A stretch of 64,000 nucleotides of DNA from an uncultured bacterium (lineage in GTDB: Bacteria; Omnitrophota; Omnitrophia; Omnitrophales; Aquincolibacteriaceae): positions 192,944-256,943 of the forward strand of contig CAYLPP010000002.1 of the NCBI GenBank assembly GCA_964385615.1. Direction: 5' to 3'. Within the stretch, counting starts at the first letter, position 1, and each line of letters opens with the position of its first letter. The translations under genes were made by a program, and so were the position numbers. The notes under the pieces are model-generated. The model was given only the letters and a program-made list of their open reading frames with translations. It made no database searches and had not been told where the DNA came from. This document shows positions 50,492 to 57,756 of this stretch, in pieces.

Positions 50492-51535
50492 ATGAAGTCA
50501 TTTAGCGAAGAATATTTTAAAAACTTATTTACGCCTCCTGAGATGCTCCCGACTTTTACTGCTTTGGGAGAATACAAGGGGAAGGAATTGCTTTTCCAAA
50601 GGCAATCCCGCGATGTTCTTGAAAAAATGGTCATGGTTGCCAAAATTGAAAGTGCGGAATCTTCCAACCGTATTGAAGGTGTCATTGTTCCTCATAAGCG
50701 TGTCGAGGCTCTTTTTAATAAAAGCATGCCTAAAAATCGCTCAGAGCAAGAAGTGGCCGGGTATCGTGACGCTCTTCAAAAAATACATGAAATGCATGAC
50801 GGTATGCCTATTTCCAATAATGTGGTACTGATGCTGCATTCCAGTCTTTATAAATATGTTACGGGTGTTAAATCCGGGGAATGGAAGCGAAGCGACAATG
50901 AAATTATTGAACATCTTCCGGATGGGAATACGAAGCTGCGCTTTAAACCTGTTTCTGCGTTTCAAACAGCGCATTACATGGAAGAGCTAGTGCGTCAGTT
51001 TAATCATGCGATGCAAAAACGGCGAATGGACCCACTCGTATTAATCCCTCTTTTTGTTTTGGATTTTCTCTGCATCCATCCATTTCTTGATGGTAATGGT
51101 CGTGTAAGTCGTCTTTTGACTTTGCTGTTGCTTTATCACGCGGGTTTCGGAGTTGGGAAATATGTCAGCTTGGAACGCTTAGTCGAAGAAAGTAAAGAAA
51201 CCTATTACGAAGCGCTTTACGATTCTTCGCAAGGTTGGCATGAAGGAAAACATAATGCGCTTCCATGGGTGCGCTATTTTTCTGGTGTGCTAACAGCAGC
51301 TTATAAAGAGTTTGAATCTCGGGTTGGTATTTTTAAAGAGTCAGGGACTAAAAGCGAGCGTTTAATCGAAATTATCAATCGTTTCGAAAATCCGTTTTCT
51401 GCCTCTGATCTTCAAAAGGCCTGCCCAGATGCGGGTATTGACCTTATCCGCAAAATCCTTAAAGACCTCCGCCGTTCTGGGGATATAGAGCCCCTGGGAC
51501 GAGGGCGCTACGCCCAATGGCGGCGAATTAGGTAA
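50492..51535 (+). CDS. Fic-family protein (canonical HPFLDGNGRVSR motif, N-terminal SxxxEG inhibitory-helix motif, C-terminal winged-helix-like tail) embedded between hsdR and hsdM
   Basis: Fic motif HPFLDGNGRVSRLL; SNRIEG lies upstream. The start is 2 nt after the hsdR stop. Confidence 0.85.
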   Translation: MKSFSEEYFKNLFTPPEMLPTFTALGEYKGKELLFQRQSRDVLEKMVMVAKIESAESSNRIEGVIVPHKRVEALFNKSMPKNRSEQEVAGYRDALQKIHEMHDGMPISNNVVLMLHSSLYKYVTGVKSGEWKRSDNEIIEHLPDGNTKLRFKPVSAFQTAHYMEELVRQFNHAMQKRRMDPLVLIPLFVLDFLCIHPFLDGNGRVSRLLTLLLLYHAGFGVGKYVSLERLVEESKETYYEALYDSSQGWHEGKHNALPWVRYFSGVLTAAYKEFESRVGIFKESGTKSERLIEIINRFENPFSASDLQKACPDAGIDLIRKILKDLRRSGDIEPLGRGRYAQWRRIR

Positions 51536-51605
51536 TAGCCTTATTTAATTAGGTAAAAATACAATAAAATACCTAATTGACAGAGGGGGCTTACCTAATT
51601 AGAAT
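51525..51605 (+). promoter_or_regulatory. Internal promoter for hsdM-hsdS (TTGACA-N17-TAGAAT) overlapped by four 9-bp AATTAGGTA / TACCTAATT boxes
   Basis: Boxes at 51525-51533 and 51547-51555 (AATTAGGTA) and at 51570-51578 and 51592-51600 (TACCTAATT). TTGACA at 51577-51582, TAGAAT at 51600-51605. AAGGAG RBS at 51661. Confidence 0.5.
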
Positions 51606-51670
51606 GCTCCTATTCTCAAGCCTGTATATGCAGGCAATTGAGAAGCGGAATCATTTCTTTAAGGAGCCCT

Positions 51671-53161
51671 ATGTTAAAACCTGAGCTAAAAAGTCAAATC
51701 GATAAACTCTGGAATCGTTTCTTCGCCGGAGGCATCGCGAACCATCTCACCGCAATTGAGCAAATTTCCTACCTTATTTTTATGAAGCGCCTTGAAGATA
51801 TGGATTATCAGCATGCTCGGGCAGCTGAAAGGCGCGGAGAAAAATATGCTTCGATTTTTAAGGGGCAAGAAAATTGCCGTTGGTCGCATTGGATTCAAAT
51901 GCCGGCTGACGAAATGTTGGCCCATGTTCGCGACAAGGTTTTTTTATTCATCAAAAATTTAAAAGGCGAAGAGAGTCTTTTTGGAACAGCGATGAAAGAT
52001 GCTGTTTTTATGATTCCCAAGCCTTCGCTTTTACAAGAAGCCGTTAAAATTATTGATGAACTTAACATCTCGCAGCAAAACCTCGATACCCAGGGCGATA
52101 TTTACGAATACCTTTTAAGCTCTCTTCAAAGCTCTGGACTCACAGGTGCTTTTAGAACGCCGCGCCACATTATTCGCATGATGGTCAAATTGGTTGATCC
52201 TAAGATTGGCGAAAGAGTTTGCGATCCAGCTGCTGGAACAGCAGGTTTTCTTGTAAATGCTTTCTTGCATATTCTTGAACAGAACACATACAAAGATTCT
52301 GTTGAGTATGACGAAGACGGAGTTCCGCATCATCTCGTCGCTGAAAAGCTTGATAAAAAGCAGCGTAACTTCTTAAAAGAAAAAGCCTTTTATGGTTTTG
52401 ATTTTGATACGACCATGGTTCGTATCGGAATTATGAATCTTATCCTGCACGGCGTTGAAAAGCCTCAATTTCAATATACAGATACGCTATCTAAGTCCTT
52501 CGAGCAGCGTGAAAAATACGATGTGATTCTGGCGAACCCACCCTTCAAAGGCTCTATTGATAAAAGCGATATTTCGGATCAATTCAAAGTGAAGTCCACG
52601 AAGACAGAGCTTCTCTTTATGGAATTATTTATACGGCTTCTAGTAACAGGTGGTCGTGCGGCAGTGATTGTTCCAGATGGTGTTCTTTTTAGTTCATCCA
52701 ACGCGCATGCTGGCGTGCGGAAAATGCTCGTGGAAGAAAACCAGCTTGAAGGCATCATCTCGATGCCTTCGGGTATATTCAAGCCCTACGCTGGGGTTTC
52801 AACCGCTATTGTCATTTTTACTAAAGGTGGCGAGACGGACAAAGTTTGGTTTTATGACATGACAGCAGATGGACTATCCTTGGATGATAAACGCCAAAAA
52901 ACCGAAGAAAATGATATCCCAGATATTGTTTCAAAATGGAAAGCGCGGGATATCAAAAAGAAGCCCTCAGCAGGAGAGAAATGGTTTTGGGTAGATGTTA
53001 AAGATATACGCAAGACTAAATATGACCTTTCGATTTCTAATTATAAAGAAATCCAATATGAAGAAGTTCAGCATGAGAATCCCGAGGAAATTTTAAATAA
53101 AATTTTACAGTTAGAACGGGAAATCCAAGAAAATGTTAGCGCTTTAAAAGGCTTCAAATGA
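51671..53161 (+). CDS. hsdM: Type I restriction-modification DNA methyltransferase M subunit
   Basis: ATG at 51671 (MLKPELKSQIDKLWNRFFAGGI) with AAGGAG 5 nt upstream. NPPF motif (LANPPFKGS). SAM-binding DPAAGTAGFL. Confidence 0.9.
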   Translation: MLKPELKSQIDKLWNRFFAGGIANHLTAIEQISYLIFMKRLEDMDYQHARAAERRGEKYASIFKGQENCRWSHWIQMPADEMLAHVRDKVFLFIKNLKGEESLFGTAMKDAVFMIPKPSLLQEAVKIIDELNISQQNLDTQGDIYEYLLSSLQSSGLTGAFRTPRHIIRMMVKLVDPKIGERVCDPAAGTAGFLVNAFLHILEQNTYKDSVEYDEDGVPHHLVAEKLDKKQRNFLKEKAFYGFDFDTTMVRIGIMNLILHGVEKPQFQYTDTLSKSFEQREKYDVILANPPFKGSIDKSDISDQFKVKSTKTELLFMELFIRLLVTGGRAAVIVPDGVLFSSSNAHAGVRKMLVEENQLEGIISMPSGIFKPYAGVSTAIVIFTKGGETDKVWFYDMTADGLSLDDKRQKTEENDIPDIVSKWKARDIKKKPSAGEKWFWVDVKDIRKTKYDLSISNYKEIQYEEVQHENPEEILNKILQLEREIQENVSALKGFK

Positions 53162-54312
53162 AAGTCAATGCTCCCATGAAGTTAGAAGAAATCTGTGAAT
53201 TCATTAATGGAGGCACGCCCCCACGTCACGTGAAGGAATATTATCATGGAACAATCCCCTGGGTTACGAGCGCTGACATTAATGATGATCAAATAAACTT
53301 TGGTCGTAACTATATTAATAAAAAATCAATTGCAGAATCTTCAACCAATTTGGTTGCACCAGGCACCGTATTGCTTGTGACTCGAACGGGTGTTGGTAAG
53401 GTCGTCATTGCTGATCGCGAACTTTGTTTTAGTCAAGATATAACCGCAATTTCACCCGACCCTAAAAAAATACGTGGCGACTATCTAGCTTATTTTTTAA
53501 AAAGCAAAATGGCCTATTTTAAAAATCATCAAAGAGGCGCGACGATTAAAGGGATAACTCGTGAAGTTGTCAGCCGATTGCAACCATTCTTGCCGGTTTT
53601 GGAAAAGCAAGAAAAAATCGTTAGTATTTTAAAAAAGACGGAATTTTCCCTTGAGGAACGCCGGGAAGCAATTGGCCTGCTCGACAATTTCCTCGAATCC
53701 ACCTTTGTGAACATGTTTAATAGAAAAGATTATCCCAAAGAAAAAATAGAGAAATTTATTATCGATACAGAAATCATCGACCCTTCAAGAAAACCTACGG
53801 ATAATTTTTTTTATGTGGATATTGAAAGCGTTGATAGTAAGGAGGGTGTCATCAAGGGGGCGAAGGAGCTAACAGGCGCAGAGGCGCCCAGTCGGGCAAG
53901 AAAACGAATAAAAAAAGAAGATGTCTTAGTTTCTACGGTGCGCCCCAACTTGAACGCAACCGCTCTTGTTCCTGAAAATTTGGATAACCAAGTGTGCTCA
54001 ACGGGTTTTGCAGTGTTGAGATGTTCCGGTGATCTTCGCCCGGCTTATTTGTATATGTGCACCCGCTTGAATTTTTTTATCGCGCAATTAGTCGCAAAGA
54101 CAAAAGGGGCATCTTACCCGGCCGTCTCCAATCAAGATGTTCTTGATACGAAAATCCCTTTTCCTCCAATTGAAGAGCAGAAAAAATTCGAAGCTATTTT
54201 TTTGAAGGTTCAGCAGATTAAACGGAAAATGAGATCTTCGGAAGCCGAGCTTCAAAACCTTTTCAATTGCCTGATGCAAAAAGCCTTTAAGGGAGAGCTA
54301 TTCAATGCCTAA
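53158..54312 (+). CDS. hsdS: Type I restriction-modification specificity subunit
   Basis: ATGA overlap with hsdM. Two target-recognition domains separated by conserved helical repeats (LPVLEKQEKIVSIL / FPPIEEQKKFEAIF). Confidence 0.85.
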   Translation: MKVNAPMKLEEICEFINGGTPPRHVKEYYHGTIPWVTSADINDDQINFGRNYINKKSIAESSTNLVAPGTVLLVTRTGVGKVVIADRELCFSQDITAISPDPKKIRGDYLAYFLKSKMAYFKNHQRGATIKGITREVVSRLQPFLPVLEKQEKIVSILKKTEFSLEERREAIGLLDNFLESTFVNMFNRKDYPKEKIEKFIIDTEIIDPSRKPTDNFFYVDIESVDSKEGVIKGAKELTGAEAPSRARKRIKKEDVLVSTVRPNLNATALVPENLDNQVCSTGFAVLRCSGDLRPAYLYMCTRLNFFIAQLVAKTKGASYPAVSNQDVLDTKIPFPPIEEQKKFEAIFLKVQQIKRKMRSSEAELQNLFNCLMQKAFKGELFNA

Positions 54313-55183
54313 ACGAAAGCGGTCTCAGAAAAGGCATAGACGGCCTCGGGCCAAGAAGAAAGTTTTACGCAGATCTGGCCTTTCAGTTGTTCAAAGGCAA
54401 AACATTAGATTGTTGGCTGAACAAATTGGTCGATTGATTCCATGGTCCAGCTTTGGCGGTAAGCTCACACTAACGTCATTGGCTAAGAAACGAGGATTGA
54501 AGAAATTTTTACCAAAGAAAACGTCTTCCAAGAAGGACGGAACGGTGCATTTCCTTGAACTTTTATTGGTAAATAAGCCGCGGGTTTTAAAGAAGCTGAT
54601 TCGGGAAATTCTCCCGCTTGCCGTTGAACGTCGGCACGCCCAGGGAGATCCGCTTCTTTCGCAGGAGGCTGGGGTTCTTTCTGATCGGTTGCTTTTACTT
54701 GGAGTTAATCTAAAAAAAGAAATAAAAGAAATGAATCTTCCGGTGGCGTGGCCACGTGTCGTTCCGCCTTCCGTCGAAATCCAGCAGACTTTAAGCAAGC
54801 TCCCATTACATTCCTTGTTGTTACCCGAATGCAGAGATTTATTCCTCAAAGGTCACATCAACGAATCGGTTAGGAAGGCTGCTGAAAAATTTGAAGTCCG
54901 TGTCCAAGGCTTGAGCGGGATTGCTGACAAGATCGGTAGAGACTTAATGGCAAACGCATTCTCGGAAACAAATCCAAAGATAAAGCTTAACGGCTTGACC
55001 ACAGCTAATGAGAAGAACGAGCAGGAAGGTTTTAAGCTGATTTCTATGGGCGTGATGGCTTGGTGGAGAAACACCACTAGTCATGGTGATGAGCCTCAAA
55101 TGGCTCCCCAGGACGGCCTTTCCCGTTTGCTAACAATCAGCAACTTGTTGCATATTTTGGACGAGCGAACAAAGCCCGCTTAA
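54305..55183 (+). CDS. Protein with highly basic N-terminal region and C-terminal TIGR02391/Hypoth_Ymh-like domain
   Basis: The start overlaps the hsdS stop by 8 nt. The N-terminal 40 aa are very basic (KRKRSQKRHRRPRAKKK). C-terminal motifs ECRDLFLKGHINESVRKAAEKFEVRVQ, GRDLMANAFS and WWRNTTSHG match my recollection of the Hypoth_Ymh family, which is often found in restriction-modification or Abi loci. Confidence 0.6.
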   Translation: MPKRKRSQKRHRRPRAKKKVLRRSGLSVVQRQNIRLLAEQIGRLIPWSSFGGKLTLTSLAKKRGLKKFLPKKTSSKKDGTVHFLELLLVNKPRVLKKLIREILPLAVERRHAQGDPLLSQEAGVLSDRLLLLGVNLKKEIKEMNLPVAWPRVVPPSVEIQQTLSKLPLHSLLLPECRDLFLKGHINESVRKAAEKFEVRVQGLSGIADKIGRDLMANAFSETNPKIKLNGLTTANEKNEQEGFKLISMGVMAWWRNTTSHGDEPQMAPQDGLSRLLTISNLLHILDERTKPA

Positions 55184-55187
55184 AAAT

Positions 55188-55934
55188 ATGGATGAAATAA
55201 CCAATAAACTTTTAGCTGGCGATATAATCATTACCAGTCAAAATAAGTTTTCTTTCTCAACTTCTCTTTTTATTCGCTTTGGAAATTTTTCAAAGTATGG
55301 ATTTTCTCGTCGCGGGTGGACTCATGCGGCTTTGTATGTCGGCGATGGTGAAGTTGTAGAAGCTTTTCCCACGGGAATTGTTAAGCGCAGTTTAAAAGAC
55401 GCTTACCTGAATGGAGACTACCGCATAAGTGTTTTGCGAAGAAAGGGTGGGGCATCGCAAAGCCTTGGCCAAGCGGTTGAGTTTTGCAAGAGCAAGGTAG
55501 GTAAAACCTATGATCAAAAGGCGCTTATTTATTATGTGATCGTTCAAATTCTGCCGCCTATTCTTCAGTTTCTTTTAAACACAAAAGCGGTAGATCAATG
55601 GTTAAATAATAAGGACGCTTTTTACTGTTCGGAGCTTGTTGCCCAAAGTCTTTTAGAAGCGAACACCTATTGTTTTGATCGAGCGCCTGACCGGATTATG
55701 CCGGTCGATTTATACAGTAACGAGTACTGCTTTGAGCGCATTCTTGAACTGCCGGCCCCAAAGCAGAATTTCATCAAGAAAGCAGCGATCTGCTTGGGAT
55801 ACACCATTGCAATATTGATTTGGTTGGTTCTTAGCGCAATCATAGTTTTTGTTGCGGTTCAGCTTGTTATTCGTGCTTTAGCTGCAACAAAAAATCAGCA
55901 AAAAGATGCTAGTTCTGACGAAGCTAAAAAATAA
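55188..55934 (+). CDS. Permuted papain-fold (NlpC/P60-superfamily, YiiX/C92-like) putative amidase with C-terminal transmembrane anchor
   Basis: His block WTHAALYVGDGEVVEA precedes Cys block AFYCSELVAQ (permuted order). The C-terminal hydrophobic helix is ILIWLVLSAIIVFVAVQLVI. The start lies 4 nt after the upstream stop. Confidence 0.55.
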   Translation: MDEITNKLLAGDIIITSQNKFSFSTSLFIRFGNFSKYGFSRRGWTHAALYVGDGEVVEAFPTGIVKRSLKDAYLNGDYRISVLRRKGGASQSLGQAVEFCKSKVGKTYDQKALIYYVIVQILPPILQFLLNTKAVDQWLNNKDAFYCSELVAQSLLEANTYCFDRAPDRIMPVDLYSNEYCFERILELPAPKQNFIKKAAICLGYTIAILIWLVLSAIIVFVAVQLVIRALAATKNQQKDASSDEAKK

Positions 55935-55951
55935 ATGTTTTGAGAGGTTTA

Positions 55952-56764
55952 ATGACTAAAGAAATTATTCGAAAATTAATCGGTGTGGAAGTTCGGTTGG
56001 GATTTCTTTATATCCCAGCGAATGCGATTGAGTGGATGCCGCCGCAAAGTGGAAAAATCATGGTGGCTATGCCAGACGGTTTGAATTCCCTTACATATAA
56101 CGTCGATTACAAACGAATTTTTGGTTTAACAAAGTGGTATAAAAAATTCGATTCGAAGGTTGGAGACGAGGTTGTTTTAGAAAAGACCGGCTCTAACTAC
56201 TCAATTAAGTTTCGTCCGAAGAAGCAGCCTGTCGAATCGGAACAAGAAGCTGAAAATCTTATCGATATATCCGGCCTTTCATCTCAGGCAAAAGGAAATA
56301 TTGTTGAAGACCGCATAAAAGAATTGATTGTTTTGCAGGGACAAGGCATTTTGAATGTTTATCGTCCGGTCACCGATAATCATGGCATTGATTTGATCGT
56401 CACAAAAATTGGAAATTTTCACCCGATATTTCTCCAGGTAAAAAGCCGGTTTAATGTCCAGAAAGCCGGCTATTTCCTCATGGATATCTCCAAAAAAACT
56501 TTTAAATCGCACCCTTCTTTTTTTGTGTTAGGGGCTTACTTTAACCCTCAAAAATTAGAAGTGCATGACAGTTTATTGCTGGTGCCGAGCGTTGAGATTG
56601 AGAAGCTTAAGTCATTTGAAACGAAAAACGGACCTCGCTATCGTGTGATGAATTACTTGAATCCGGAATCTCAAGGTAAATGGGCGAAATATTTGATTAA
56701 AAAAACAGACTTGGCCAATCAGCTGCTTGAGCGGTTTGAAGAAATGGAAAAGTTTTTACGGTAA
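55952..56764 (+). CDS. Putative nuclease: N-terminal B3-like pseudobarrel-type DNA-binding region plus C-terminal PD-(D/E)xK-like motif
   Basis: ATG at 55952 with GAGAGG RBS. GLTKWYKKFDSKVGDEVVLEK resembles the B3/EcoRII-N pattern (GW..F....L..GD.V.F). HGIDLIVTK...IFLQVKSR gives D...QxK spacing typical of PD-(D/E)xK. The call is tentative. Confidence 0.5.
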   Translation: MTKEIIRKLIGVEVRLGFLYIPANAIEWMPPQSGKIMVAMPDGLNSLTYNVDYKRIFGLTKWYKKFDSKVGDEVVLEKTGSNYSIKFRPKKQPVESEQEAENLIDISGLSSQAKGNIVEDRIKELIVLQGQGILNVYRPVTDNHGIDLIVTKIGNFHPIFLQVKSRFNVQKAGYFLMDISKKTFKSHPSFFVLGAYFNPQKLEVHDSLLLVPSVEIEKLKSFETKNGPRYRVMNYLNPESQGKWAKYLIKKTDLANQLLERFEEMEKFLR

Positions 56765-56779
56765 GGCGGAAAATTTACG

Positions 56780-56801
56780 ACGGGCAATAGCCCGTTTTTT
56801 T
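56780..56801 (+). terminator. Rho-independent terminator ending the hsdM-hsdS-three-gene transcription unit
   Basis: ACGGGC-aata-GCCCGT followed by TTTTTTT. Confidence 0.55.
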
Positions 56802-56841
56802 GTCTTTAATTAACAGTAGTGTTTTAGAAAGTGGATTGAAT

Positions 56842-57756
56842 ATGCTCAAAACAACAATAAAAGGCTCTGATTTTTTGGCGTCCTTTAGTCAGTTAATTAA
56901 GGGCGCTTATCTTGATAAGAGCAATAAAACGAAGTTGGATTTGTTTGTTCTTAATTTAGATTCAAATGAATTCGACTATGAAACATTTAAAAGACGATTG
57001 ATTGATCCAGTGATTGATTTTTCTCTTTCGCGAAAAATTAAGCAACAGTACAAAACGCAGCCCGGTACTCAATCTAAAACAGCGCGGGAAAAGTTTAAAC
57101 ATTATATGGAGAATACTGGAGAGCTGGGAGAGTTCCTCCTATTCTGTTTTTTGGAGACTCACCTGAATGCACCCAAAATTCTCACAAAGATGGAAATAAA
57201 AACATCTACTAGTCACTACACACACGGGTCTGACGGAGTCCATTTTCTTGAGCTAGCGGATGGGAATTTCCATTTAATTTTCGGAGAATCAAAAACAGAA
57301 AAAAGGTTATCTAAATCTATAGCGAATGCCATTCAGTCGATTCATGATTTTAAGAATTCTATTAACGCTAAAGGCAAGAAAAAAAGCGGCATGGCTTATG
57401 AAAAGTCATTAATTTCCAGCGAAATCTTAAAAGAGACATTTTCGAAAAAAGAAAAAGATTTTATCGAAGCTATGATTTACCCGAAAGCATCGAATGACTT
57501 TGACGTTGATACCGCATTTGGTATTTTTCTTGGATATCAAATGAGTATAAATATCGCCGATAAGAAGCTCTCCAATGAAGAGTGCCGGAAAAAGATTTAT
57601 GCCAAAATAGAAAAACAAGTGACAAAATCCTTTAAGACGATAATGAAGAAAATTGATGAAAAGGGTTTAGCAGGACACCACTTTTATATTTATATTTTGC
57701 CGTTTACAGATTTGGTCAAAACACGAAAAGATATAACAGAACACATCTCCTCATGA
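56842..57756 (+). CDS. hamA: Hachiman HamA-like protein (DUF1837-type PD-(D/E)xK nuclease-like)
   Basis: The ORF track gives a TTG at 56800 inside the terminator T-run; ATG at 56842 (MLKTTIKGSD) is preferred. The motif GSDGVHFLEL...LIFGESK has D...ExK spacing. The size (about 300 aa) and pairing with a downstream SF2 helicase via ATGA overlap fit Hachiman. Confidence 0.6.
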   Translation: MLKTTIKGSDFLASFSQLIKGAYLDKSNKTKLDLFVLNLDSNEFDYETFKRRLIDPVIDFSLSRKIKQQYKTQPGTQSKTAREKFKHYMENTGELGEFLLFCFLETHLNAPKILTKMEIKTSTSHYTHGSDGVHFLELADGNFHLIFGESKTEKRLSKSIANAIQSIHDFKNSINAKGKKKSGMAYEKSLISSEILKETFSKKEKDFIEAMIYPKASNDFDVDTAFGIFLGYQMSINIADKKLSNEECRKKIYAKIEKQVTKSFKTIMKKIDEKGLAGHHFYIYILPFTDLVKTRKDITEHISS

